DNA of 35,858 nt from positions 1,949 to 37,806 of the forward strand of contig CAYLZE010000044.1 in assembly GCA_964388035.1 (NCBI GenBank), given 5' to 3'. Shown piece after piece: positions 26,557-35,858 of the stretch. The position numbers and the translations under genes are program-made. The number at the start of each line of letters is the position of its first letter. Positions within the stretch are counted from its first letter, which is position 1. The notes below the pieces were generated by a model, which saw nothing but the letters and a program-made list of their open reading frames with translations, did no database searches and was not told where the DNA came from. The stretch comes from an uncultured archaeon. GTDB taxonomy: Archaea; Asgardarchaeota; Lokiarchaeia; Sigyniarchaeales; SOKP01.

Positions 26557-29415
26557 ATGAAAACTTCTACCATGGAATATTATTCACAATCACCCGAGGA
26601 TTTAGCTAGCGAATTTCGCACGGATTTAAGGAATGGATTGAAAATTAAAGATTTACACCAGCTTTATAAGAAATATGGATATAATGAATTATCCAAAATT
26701 AAAAAATCAATATGGAGAATCTACTTTTCTCCTATTTTCAATTTCCTTATCATTATTTTATTTGCTACTGCTGTTATTGTTAGTATTTTAGGAGAACCTC
26801 AGACAACGATAATTGTATTTTCCATGTTAATAATAAATGGCATTGCAGTCATAATACAGCAGAAAAGGGCAAGAAATACTCTAAATTCGTTAAGAAGTGA
26901 ATCTACATTAACTTCTAAGGTTATTCGGGATGGAATTATATTTGAAATTCCCATGAGAGAATTGGTTCCGGGGGATCTCATTTTATTATCTCAGGGGAAT
27001 AAAATTCCAGCAGATGCTAGAATTATTGAATTATCTAATTTATCCGTTGACGAGGCACCACTAACGGGAGAAAGCGAACCCGTAGAAAAGAAAATTGAGA
27101 TTTTAGAACAATCGAATTTAGCTATTCACGAGAGATTAAACATGATATTCATGGGAACATATGTCAACACGGGGCTTGCAAAAGCAATTGTTGTTCGTAC
27201 CGGAATGAAAAGTGAAATTGGTAAAATTGCTGGAAAGTTGAATCAATTGGGGTTAAAAGATTTGCTTCTTACTAAAAAATTAAATAGATTAGGATATTTT
27301 TTAGGAATTATTGTAGTTCTTGCATTGTTTTTTCTCATTATTTTTAAAACTTTCATTTTGATTGCTCAAGAGCAATTAAATCCTACAGCATTCGCCCATA
27401 TAATGGATAGTTCTATATTAAGAGCAATTGGCATTCTTCCTATTAATTTACCATTACTTTGCACGTTAGTCCTTATCACGGGAGTACTTGGCATGGCTCA
27501 ACAAGGAGTAATAGTTAAAAACCTTTCCTCTATTGAAACTCTTGGCAGAATATCCGTGATCTGTTCCGACAAAACGGGTACGATAACAAAAAATGAGATG
27601 ACGGTAGAAAGATTTTGGATAAATAACAAGGAATATAAAGTAACGGGTGCGGGCTATGATGAATACGGGGAAATTCTAGGGGACAATCAAGCAATAGATA
27701 TTGGTAATAATCTTACCCTTCAAATGTTTTTAGACGCGATTATTATTAATAATTCTGCAAATTTAGCTTATAAAGACATTAGAATAAGACAGCAAGAGAA
27801 GTTGGTGGAAGAAGCAGTTCGATTTGCAGAGGGCTCCCCGACCGAAGCAGCACTCCTAGTTTTGGCTGAAAAAATGGGAACAATACCTTATGATATTAGA
27901 CGAAAATATACGATTCTACGGGAATACTCGTTTAATTCAGAGATGAGAAGAATGAGCATCATCGGACAATTATTCTCAGACGATAAAAAAAATTTCCTTT
28001 TTGTGAAAGGTGCACCCGAAATCATTCTCAAATTATCAACGAATATTGAGATTGATGGTAACCTAAAAGAATTCGATTTATCTTTTAAAGAAAAAGTTCT
28101 TGAATTGATCAATTCAAGGGCCTCAGAAGGATATAGAATCATTGCAGTGGCTTATAAGCCAATTCCATCGATTCAAAACATGCATAGAGATATATTAGAA
28201 ACGAATTTGATTTTTCTTGCTTTTTTAAGCATCATGGATCCTCCGCGTGAAGGAGTAAAAGAGGCAGTTCTTGCTTGCAAGTTAGGAGGAATAAAAGTAG
28301 TAATGATCACGGGAGATCATCCTAATACAGCAAAAACTATTGCACTGAATACAGGCATATGGGAAGAGGGTGACATTTTTATAGAGGAGCCAGATTTAAA
28401 CCACGTATCAAGAGAGGATTTTAGAAAAGCCTCCGTTTTTGCGAGAGTAGAACCCCATAATAAAGAAACTATCGTTAGAAAATATCAAGAGGAAAAACAT
28501 ATCTGTGCCATGACAGGTGATGGGATCAATGATTCTTTAGCCTTGAAGGTGGCGGATGTTGGGATTGTTCCGGGAATAACAGGAACTATCGTTGCAAAAG
28601 AAACTGCAGATATTGTCATTTCCGATGATAATTTTGTTTCAATCGAGAAAGGTATAAGAATAGGAAGAGGGTTATTTTCAAAAATTAGAGTTATAATTTA
28701 TTTTTTTATTTGCGTGAATTTAGCAGAAGGAATAATTTTTTTCTTGTTTGAATTTCTTCCTTATTTTCAGTTATTTTCTTCTGAATGGCAACATATTTAT
28801 ATTTATGGAATTGCTCATTCATTACCTTCCATAGCTTTAGTGTTGGATAAACTTCCAAAGGATATAATGGGAGAACCTCCCCGAAAAAATGAAGAACTTC
28901 TCAGTAAAAACATGTGGAAATTGTTATTCTTTAATGCATTTTTGATAGGTGTTGGATTATTCTTGATTATTCAATTTACATTAGCGGGTCTTTTTCCTTT
29001 AAACGAATGGAATCTTAATCCGAAACTAAGCTTCATTCCTCCCGATTCAACTCAACAACAGTTATTAGAACAAAAAGCGAGAACCATGTTAATCACTACC
29101 ATTTTTATTATTGAGACCACCTTCGTATGGTCCTTTCGAAGACCTAATAAATCTTTCTATAAAAGCATTAAGGAGGAGTTCTCCTTCAATTTAATGTTTA
29201 TTTGCTTATTTACTTTAGGCATCCACTTGCTGGTTATCAATTTTTCTTATTATTTGAATAGCGTTTTATATTATGTTTATCACTTGGATATTAACTTAAA
29301 TTTAATCTTTTTAAGTCTCCAAGATTGGGGAACATGTATATTATTTAGCTTACCGGGAATTTTTGGAATCGAGCTCTATAAAAACCATGTCAGGAGAAAA
29401 AAGGTGTATTTTTAA
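26557..29415 (+). CDS. P-type ATPase, P2A-like scaffold with atypical PINLP TM4 (paralog 1)
   Basis: LTGES, CSDKTGTIT, KGAPE, DPPR, MITGD and TGDGIND; ~10 TM. Confidence 0.95.
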   Translation: MKTSTMEYYSQSPEDLASEFRTDLRNGLKIKDLHQLYKKYGYNELSKIKKSIWRIYFSPIFNFLIIILFATAVIVSILGEPQTTIIVFSMLIINGIAVIIQQKRARNTLNSLRSESTLTSKVIRDGIIFEIPMRELVPGDLILLSQGNKIPADARIIELSNLSVDEAPLTGESEPVEKKIEILEQSNLAIHERLNMIFMGTYVNTGLAKAIVVRTGMKSEIGKIAGKLNQLGLKDLLLTKKLNRLGYFLGIIVVLALFFLIIFKTFILIAQEQLNPTAFAHIMDSSILRAIGILPINLPLLCTLVLITGVLGMAQQGVIVKNLSSIETLGRISVICSDKTGTITKNEMTVERFWINNKEYKVTGAGYDEYGEILGDNQAIDIGNNLTLQMFLDAIIINNSANLAYKDIRIRQQEKLVEEAVRFAEGSPTEAALLVLAEKMGTIPYDIRRKYTILREYSFNSEMRRMSIIGQLFSDDKKNFLFVKGAPEIILKLSTNIEIDGNLKEFDLSFKEKVLELINSRASEGYRIIAVAYKPIPSIQNMHRDILETNLIFLAFLSIMDPPREGVKEAVLACKLGGIKVVMITGDHPNTAKTIALNTGIWEEGDIFIEEPDLNHVSREDFRKASVFARVEPHNKETIVRKYQEEKHICAMTGDGINDSLALKVADVGIVPGITGTIVAKETADIVISDDNFVSIEKGIRIGRGLFSKIRVIIYFFICVNLAEGIIFFLFEFLPYFQLFSSEWQHIYIYGIAHSLPSIALVLDKLPKDIMGEPPRKNEELLSKNMWKLLFFNAFLIGVGLFLIIQFTLAGLFPLNEWNLNPKLSFIPPDSTQQQLLEQKARTMLITTIFIIETTFVWSFRRPNKSFYKSIKEEFSFNLMFICLFTLGIHLLVINFSYYLNSVLYYVYHLDINLNLIFLSLQDWGTCILFSLPGIFGIELYKNHVRRKKVYF

Positions 29416-29549
29416 TATATTTTTTTTATTTCCAAGAACCAAGCTTATTTTTTAAATTTAAAGATTATGGTGTGGGTTTGAACAAAAAAACTCAATTAAA
29501 TTTGGATTTCAAGAAATCTTTTTTTCTAATACTATGTAGTAATGTAATC

Positions 29550-29807
29550 TCAACTTATTGAATCATCTGTCGGATTATTCTTTTCCATCTGGATTGATTT
29601 AATCATTTGTTCGCCCTTAATTTTTCGCTTGAGCTTTTCAATCGCAGGTAAATTTAATCTGATTTCTAATCGTGCAACTCTTTTCTCAATTTCGTCAATT
29701 TTATCTAGTAGATTTTCAAAGTTTTGAACTCTTTCTAAAATGTCTTCCAAATCATTAATCTTTAATTTTAATTTCTCTAAATCTATACTATCTAATTCCA
29801 ACGACAT
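29550..29807 (-). CDS. Small coiled-coil hypothetical protein
   Basis: 85 aa with heptad L/I pattern (LEKLKLKINDLEDIL..IDEIEKRVARLE). Confidence 0.7.
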   Translation of the reverse strand: MSLELDSIDLEKLKLKINDLEDILERVQNFENLLDKIDEIEKRVARLEIRLNLPAIEKLKRKIKGEQMIKSIQMEKNNPTDDSIS

Positions 29808-30298
29808 TTGTTTCTTCCCGTATATAAAGGATGTTATTTTATATTACACAAATATAATATATAAAGATTGTTATCTAAATGCGAAAAACCTCAAATTTAA
29901 ATCGACAACCAGCTAATAAAATAAATAGTTTTTTAACTAATTTGTTTTTTGTTTCAGTCCAAATTTCCATCTTTCCGCAATTTTACTCTCTAATGGAAAT
30001 TAATCTATCTTGCCATCATTTTTACAAATATTTTATTGTTAATTAATCATTATTTTAGTGCAATCATACAATCATGAAATGATTAATAATAAAATACCTT
30101 AGAAGGGTTTTAATTGGGTAAAATGAAAGTTAAAAATTAATAATTGAGACATATTCCATGGACATTTTTAAAATCTTGAAAGATTACTATTTTTTGCAAA
30201 ACCATTTGGAGAAGGTTAATTTTATTATTAGTTGCTTTTATTGTATAGATATATAAAAAAATCATAAAATCAACACAATTAAAAACTTAACACATTGA

Positions 30299-33193
30299 AT
30301 GCATATGGCGAGTATTAATGAAAAATATTATCAGTCGAGTATCGAAACGCTAAGCAAGCAATTGGACACGGATATTTATAATGGATTAAGTACTGAAGAA
30401 GCTAATTTAAGATTAGAGCAGTATGGTTACAATGTACTACCAGATGTTTCAAAGGGGTTTATAAAAATCTATTTAGCTCCACTCTTCAACTGGTTAATTG
30501 TTATATATCTGGTTTGTTCAATGATCATGCTCGTTGCCAGCTTGTTAGGTGAGGAAGGTAACTTTACCATGATAGTCCTTACTCTAGGCATAGTAGGGGT
30601 GAACTGCTTAATTGCTATTTTCCAGCAATATAGAGCTACAAAAAAGCTTGAAGCATTAAAACAATTAACAGCGCCTACCACCATGGTTATTCGAGACGGA
30701 AAGAAACAGGAAGTTTCTACAAAAAATATTGTCATTGGAGATATCTTAATAGTAAATCAAGGAGATAAAGTGGCTGCAGACGCCAGAATAATAGAATCTT
30801 CTAATCTTGAAGTGAATGAAGCATCTCTTACGGGAGAGAGTGAACCCGTGAGAAAACTTAATGATGGGAAACCTTTAAACTCTGGAGAGGAACTTCCAAT
30901 TTCAGAACAAAAAAATTCCGTTTTTTTTGGAACCTTTATTACAATGGGAAATGGTAAAACTCTCGTGGTAAAAACGGGAGCAAATACGGAGATTGGAAAA
31001 ATCTCCGCAGGTTTAGAAGAAGCGGGTTCAAGTGAAATACCGATTAGAGAAAAAATGAATAATTTTGGGAAATGGCTTGGATTAGTTATTGTGGCACTTT
31101 GGATTGTAACCTTAATTTTAAAATTAATCACCACTGGCGAGTTAAATATAGCTGGAAGCCTTAATGCTGCTCTTGATTTGATGCCCATTAATCTCCCTTT
31201 ATTAGTAACTATCATCCTTCTTACAGGAGTACTTGCGATGGCTCATTATGGGGTGATCGTGAGGAATATCGCATCGGTAGATAGTCTAGGTAGAATTAGT
31301 GTGGTCTGCTCGGATAAAACAGGTACTTTAACCAAAAATCAAATGAGCGTTCAGCATGTATGGTCTAACGGATCATTTTTTAAAGTTACGGGAAGTGGTT
31401 ATACTCCTGAAGGAGAAATCATTAAAATTGATGATAGTAAAAATCCTGAATATGTCAAGCATATAGAAAATTTTCCGCAATTAAAGCTTCTCCTCATCTC
31501 AGGATTTTTAAATAATAATTCCGCATTAGTTAAAAATTCAATTAAAGCTGGAAATAAACTAATTGATACATGGGATGTAATCGGTTCTCCTACGGAGGGA
31601 GCATTACTGGTATTATTCCAGAAAGGCATGGGGGATTATCTTCTTCAAGAATTTGGGGCAGTGAAAGAATTTCCCTTCACTTCAGCCTTAAAACGAATGA
31701 CTAAAATTTTTAGAAAAGAAGAAAAATATTACTCATTCACCAAAGGAGCAAGCGAAGTACTAATTCCACGGTGTACTAGGGTTTTAATTAAGGATGCAAG
31801 CATTGAATTTACCGATCAATTAAAAAATGAGGTAATGGCAAAAATTGATGAATATGCTGGAAAAGGGTATCGTATATTGAGCTTTTGCTACAAGGAATTT
31901 TACATGATGCCCTCTGATAGTGATGAATTAAGAGACCAATTCGAATCAGAAATGACATACTTAGGATTTGTAACGATTTTAGATCCTCCACGAGAAGGGG
32001 TAAAAGAATCTGTAGAACAATGTCATAATGCTGGTATTGAAGTGATCATGATAACCGGAGATTCTCCCGCAACGGCAAGATCCATATCAGAACAAATTTC
32101 CATCATAAAAAATGAAGATGAAAAAGTTGTCGAGGGAAAAGATATTGAAAGTACTCTTAATTCCCCAGAGTTTACTAAAATAAAGGTATTTGCAAGAGTT
32201 TCTCCCGAACATAAGGAAATGATAATTAAAAAATATCAGGAATTAGATCAAGTGATTGCGATGACAGGAGATGGAGTAAATGATGCACTAGCATTGAATT
32301 TGGCAGATGCCGGGTTGAGCATGGGGATTGCGGGAACGGATGTAGCTAAAGAGGCATCAGACATGGTAATATCAGACGATTCCTTTAATTCTATTGTAAA
32401 AGGTATTCATCAAGGAAGAGGAATTTTCACTAAAGTAAGGGGGGTGGTATTTTTTTACATTTGCATTAATGTATTCGAAGGTTTAGTCGCATTTATCTTG
32501 GCAGTTATTTTAGGATATCCATGGTGGCAAGATCCTTCCTCTGCTTATTACATGCAGTGGATATTTTTGTCCATATCACTTCATCTTTTTCCGGGCTTAA
32601 TTTTAACATTTGATACGATCTCTGACGATGTCATGAAAGAGAAACCGAGAGACGAGGAAGAAATCCTTTCCTTAAACACCATCATTCTGATGTGCATTTA
32701 TGGGGGCCTTTTATCCTTATCGATGATCATTACCTACTTCGTTGCATTAACCGGAGCATATCCCGTCTTTCCATTAAACCATGAATTGGGATTCTGGAAT
32801 CAAGGCTATTTATATACTTCTGAGACAATGAAATTAACCCCTACTGTCAAGTTAAATGAAGCAAAAGCCTTAACAATGCTAATGGTGACGCTTTTTTTCT
32901 GTGAGTCCTTCTTAGTACTTCAGATTCGACGCCCAAATAAATCTCTGATTGCAAGCATAAGACACGACAGTAATAAATTCATGTATATCTTGTTAGGCTT
33001 ATTATTTTTTGCTCTGCTTAGCTTCATGTACATTCCAGGATTTCAACTCACTCTAGCTGCAATTGGACTTAATTTCATGTTCATGCATTTGACTGCTCTT
33101 GATTGGTTAGTCTGTTTTTCCATCTCTTTAATTTGTATTGGCGCCTTTGAAGTGATAAAATATTATATCAGAATAAAAAAAATTATTTTATAA
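30299..33193 (+). CDS. P-type ATPase, P2A-like scaffold with atypical PINLP TM4 (paralog 2)
   Basis: LTGES, CSDKTGTLT, KGASE, DPPR, MITGD, TGDGVND and GTDVAKEASD; ~10 TM. Confidence 0.95.
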   Translation: MHMASINEKYYQSSIETLSKQLDTDIYNGLSTEEANLRLEQYGYNVLPDVSKGFIKIYLAPLFNWLIVIYLVCSMIMLVASLLGEEGNFTMIVLTLGIVGVNCLIAIFQQYRATKKLEALKQLTAPTTMVIRDGKKQEVSTKNIVIGDILIVNQGDKVAADARIIESSNLEVNEASLTGESEPVRKLNDGKPLNSGEELPISEQKNSVFFGTFITMGNGKTLVVKTGANTEIGKISAGLEEAGSSEIPIREKMNNFGKWLGLVIVALWIVTLILKLITTGELNIAGSLNAALDLMPINLPLLVTIILLTGVLAMAHYGVIVRNIASVDSLGRISVVCSDKTGTLTKNQMSVQHVWSNGSFFKVTGSGYTPEGEIIKIDDSKNPEYVKHIENFPQLKLLLISGFLNNNSALVKNSIKAGNKLIDTWDVIGSPTEGALLVLFQKGMGDYLLQEFGAVKEFPFTSALKRMTKIFRKEEKYYSFTKGASEVLIPRCTRVLIKDASIEFTDQLKNEVMAKIDEYAGKGYRILSFCYKEFYMMPSDSDELRDQFESEMTYLGFVTILDPPREGVKESVEQCHNAGIEVIMITGDSPATARSISEQISIIKNEDEKVVEGKDIESTLNSPEFTKIKVFARVSPEHKEMIIKKYQELDQVIAMTGDGVNDALALNLADAGLSMGIAGTDVAKEASDMVISDDSFNSIVKGIHQGRGIFTKVRGVVFFYICINVFEGLVAFILAVILGYPWWQDPSSAYYMQWIFLSISLHLFPGLILTFDTISDDVMKEKPRDEEEILSLNTIILMCIYGGLLSLSMIITYFVALTGAYPVFPLNHELGFWNQGYLYTSETMKLTPTVKLNEAKALTMLMVTLFFCESFLVLQIRRPNKSLIASIRHDSNKFMYILLGLLFFALLSFMYIPGFQLTLAAIGLNFMFMHLTALDWLVCFSISLICIGAFEVIKYYIRIKKIIL

Positions 33194-33474
33194 CCATTAT
33201 TTTTCTATTTTTTTCTGCATCTTTTTTAATAATTTCTAAAATTTTTTATTCTACTTCCTTAATTCTTAATTTTAATTCGTATTGTTCAATTTTATTCTAT
33301 ATTATATTTAATTCTTTTATTATGATTAAAAACAAATTCCTTAAGAGAACAAATTAAAAAGTGAACAAATCCATACTTTTATAAAGGCTCCGAATTAATA
33401 TTACAATAGATTAATTTTTAAGAGAGTTATCATTCAGTTGTTATGTAAAAAACTTTTCTACAAGTGATTTATTC

Positions 33475-34797
33475 ATGAATAAATCTTTAGTCTCTATAGT
33501 AAAATATGAGGAACCCTTTACATCCGTAAAGAAAGCAATTGAAATGTGTAATGGATTAGAACATTTACCCAAAAAAGCGAAAGTATTTATTAAACCAAAC
33601 ATCGTATTTTGGACCCGGGAATGTGAATTTCCTAAATGGGGCGTTTTGACAACCAGTCGGGTTATCGAGGATATTATTGTCGTTTTAAAAGAACATGAGA
33701 TAGATGATATAACCATTGGAGAGGGAATAGTCACGGAGGATCCGAAAGATAAAGAAACGCCAGCAGACGCTTTTGAAAAGCTAGGTTATAATGCACTCAT
33801 TGATAAGTATGGGATAAAAGTATATAATATTTTTGAACGTCCTTTTGAAAAAGTTGATCTAACAGATTCATTAACGGCTAAGATGAATGCTGATATGCTC
33901 AATTCTGATTTCTTGATCTCCGTTCCTGTTCTTAAAACTCATGCTCAATGTGTGGTAAGCCTGGGAATTAAAAATTTAAAGGGATTAATAAGTATTCCCA
34001 CTAGGAAAAAATTCCATGGTGCGGATCCTATTTTGAATTTACATCATAATGTAGCACAATTAGCAAATAAAGCTCCCCCCAGTTTAACGGTAATTGATGG
34101 AATTTATTCTCTCGAACGTGGACCTGCAATGGATGGAAAAGCACACAGAAGTAATATTATTGTTGCTTCAAATGATATTTTATCCGCAGATCTCGTCGGT
34201 TCTAACCTCTTAGGAATTGATCCTTCTGCAGTGCCACATTTAGTACAAGCTGCAAAAGACCGCCATCGCTCAACGGATCTTGAGGATGTTGAAGTTATAG
34301 GTGAATCTATAGAAGAATTAGCTACTCCTCATGAATGGGATTATGTGTATTATGGAGAGGATGACATGCCCATGCCTTATCAAAAAGCAGGTATCACGGG
34401 TATTAAGTACCACAAATATGACGCTACCATGTGTACCTACTGTTCCGCTCTTAACGGACTCTTGTTAATGGCCATTAAGACCGGATGGAAAGGTGAGCCT
34501 TTTGATAATATTGAAGTTTTAACCGGAAAAATAATGGAACCAACTCCGGGAATAAATAAAACCATTTTAGTGGGACAGTGCCAGATAAATAAAAATAAAA
34601 ATAATCCTAATATTAACGAGTTAATCATGATAAATGGTTGTCCTCCGAAAAGGGATGAAGTTAAGGAAGCACTTAAAAAAGCCGGCATTAGAGTTCCAGC
34701 CTATTTTTTCAAGAATTTAGATAAAGGGCCTTTATTATTCATGCAAAGATACCAAGGGAACCCTGAATTTGAAGAAAAATTTTATACCGTGATATAA
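33475..34797 (+). CDS. DUF362 domain-containing protein with Cys-containing C-terminal extension
   Basis: VFIKPN, IGEG, PVLKTH, SLGIKNLKG, VIDG and EGP-like RGP; C-terminal CTYC, GQC and GCPP. Confidence 0.85.
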   Translation: MNKSLVSIVKYEEPFTSVKKAIEMCNGLEHLPKKAKVFIKPNIVFWTRECEFPKWGVLTTSRVIEDIIVVLKEHEIDDITIGEGIVTEDPKDKETPADAFEKLGYNALIDKYGIKVYNIFERPFEKVDLTDSLTAKMNADMLNSDFLISVPVLKTHAQCVVSLGIKNLKGLISIPTRKKFHGADPILNLHHNVAQLANKAPPSLTVIDGIYSLERGPAMDGKAHRSNIIVASNDILSADLVGSNLLGIDPSAVPHLVQAAKDRHRSTDLEDVEVIGESIEELATPHEWDYVYYGEDDMPMPYQKAGITGIKYHKYDATMCTYCSALNGLLLMAIKTGWKGEPFDNIEVLTGKIMEPTPGINKTILVGQCQINKNKNNPNINELIMINGCPPKRDEVKEALKKAGIRVPAYFFKNLDKGPLLFMQRYQGNPEFEEKFYTVI

Positions 34798-35015
34798 TTC
34801 TATTTTTTTTTAATCCTTTTCAATTCTTATCATTCTATTGATCTAAGGATGTTAAAGATAGTGATCTCGCTATATTCATAGGTAAAAGGGATCGCTCGCG
34901 TTTAAAAAAATCTTCACGTGCAAATAAAAATGATCCCGTTTCGATTTTTCTCAGTTATGAAGATCTTCGCGATATATTTCTCAATTCGGAGAATTCCGCT
35001 TTAATTTTAACCAGC

Positions 35016-35777
35016 ATGTCATTTAGATATGATGCCATTACCCCCATGGTTGAAATAGAAAGCCTCTTGGATGGAGAATGGGTGGGCAAATTTGGACGAG
35101 CTTGTGCGAAGTATGATGAAATTTTTGAGAAATTGGGAGAGAGAGTAGAGAATGACTATAATGACCTCGAGAAAGTGGAGTTTGTTGCCAGTTTTTATCC
35201 CATTGGTGCGCAAGGCATTGATTATCGTAAAATAATTCTATCTTTCACTTTTGAAGCATTAAATGAACACGAGCGTGCTCGTGCGATCCTCAGCATTTTA
35301 TCCTTCCTTCAGGCCGATCAGAGCGTTCTTGTCGATATCACGCTCGGAGGTCATTCCCAGACGCACCTTTTTCAAGCAACGTTTAAAAGGGCTTTTTCGA
35401 CAGCAATCAAATCGACTTATAGCATGAGTCTGGGCGGAAAATTGAAATATCAAGATCAGCAATGGTTCAAGAATCTAATTGACAAGGAAGACGGAAAAGA
35501 GGAGGAGAACGGCTATAACGCCATTTACAAGGACGATAAGGTGATACCCTATTTCCTTGCCGCGCGCGGTCCGAACGGAGGGCAAATAACAATTGATGAG
35601 TATTTGAGTTTTCTCATAGGGAAATTGCGCACCGATAAGAATTTCGGTGATAAAATTTTAAAATTAATCCAAGAGGGGAAAATAGAAATATACTACGTGC
35701 AGCATCAAATTGGTAATAAGGATAAGAATGAGGTGGCGCGGCGCATTTTTATTCGCTTGCCCCCAAAGGGAAGTTAA
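35016..35777 (+). CDS. Hypothetical protein, possibly a 5'-truncated fragment (frame open from 34842)
   Basis: 253-aa ORF, visibly GC-richer than the rest; 58 in-frame sense codons upstream with no ATG/GTG/TTG. Confidence 0.6.
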   Translation: MSFRYDAITPMVEIESLLDGEWVGKFGRACAKYDEIFEKLGERVENDYNDLEKVEFVASFYPIGAQGIDYRKIILSFTFEALNEHERARAILSILSFLQADQSVLVDITLGGHSQTHLFQATFKRAFSTAIKSTYSMSLGGKLKYQDQQWFKNLIDKEDGKEEENGYNAIYKDDKVIPYFLAARGPNGGQITIDEYLSFLIGKLRTDKNFGDKILKLIQEGKIEIYYVQHQIGNKDKNEVARRIFIRLPPKGS

Positions 35778-35858
35778 GATTTGGGTTAAAAATTCATGCT
35801 GACGGAATATTTTCCCTTGTAATATTCGAGTTTTTTGTGGGGGATACTACTATCTTGC

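Noticed and set aside
29935-30030. Short protein-like minus-strand stretch (NDGKID*FPLESKIAERWKFGLKQKTN)
   Set aside because: Too short, interrupted by stops and without recognisable homology
30469-31991. Several minus-strand ORFs (60-152 aa) inside ATPase 2, and similar short ORFs nested in other genes
   Set aside because: Shadow ORFs of well-supported genes with no motifs
26557-33193. Calling the ATPases either Ca2+-ATPases or true P4 flippases
   Set aside because: Ca2+ site II ligands are absent; the P4 signatures DGET and TM5 Lys and a CDC50-like subunit are also absent

Overview
AT-rich (roughly 30% GC by eye) archaeal chromosomal segment. It is most likely Asgard/Lokiarchaeia-like; this is an inference from two TFIIB/TFB paralogs, BRE/TATA promoters, oligo-T terminators, an AOR and the overall gene mix. 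Content in order: small hypothetical gene; decayed RHH antitoxin-like remnant; PRTase; HEAT-repeat protein; CheA-like Hpt-P2-P2 protein lacking the phospho-His and kinase; split MgtE/SLC41 pair plus a tandem PhoU-TrkA_C protein; hexulose-phosphate isomerase; GH94-like enzyme; MoeB/TusA/MoaD(SAMP) sulfur-relay trio with an orphan signal-less PBP-fold protein; nadA; nfo; GlcD-like/CCG oxidoreductase pair; AOR; nitroreductase; two TFB-like genes; a VMP1/YqaA-like DedA protein; two SERCA-like P-type ATPases; DUF362; and a GC-richer, apparently 5'-truncated ORF. The best candidate for a novel system is the DedA gene followed by two P2A-scaffold ATPases. In both pumps TM4 PEGL has become PINL (like the PISL of P4 lipid flippases) and the TM6 Ca2+ ligands are replaced (D800 to His). 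This suggests non-Ca2+, possibly lipid-translocating pumps paired with a scramblase-family protein. No rRNA, tRNA, CRISPR array or transposase was recognised.
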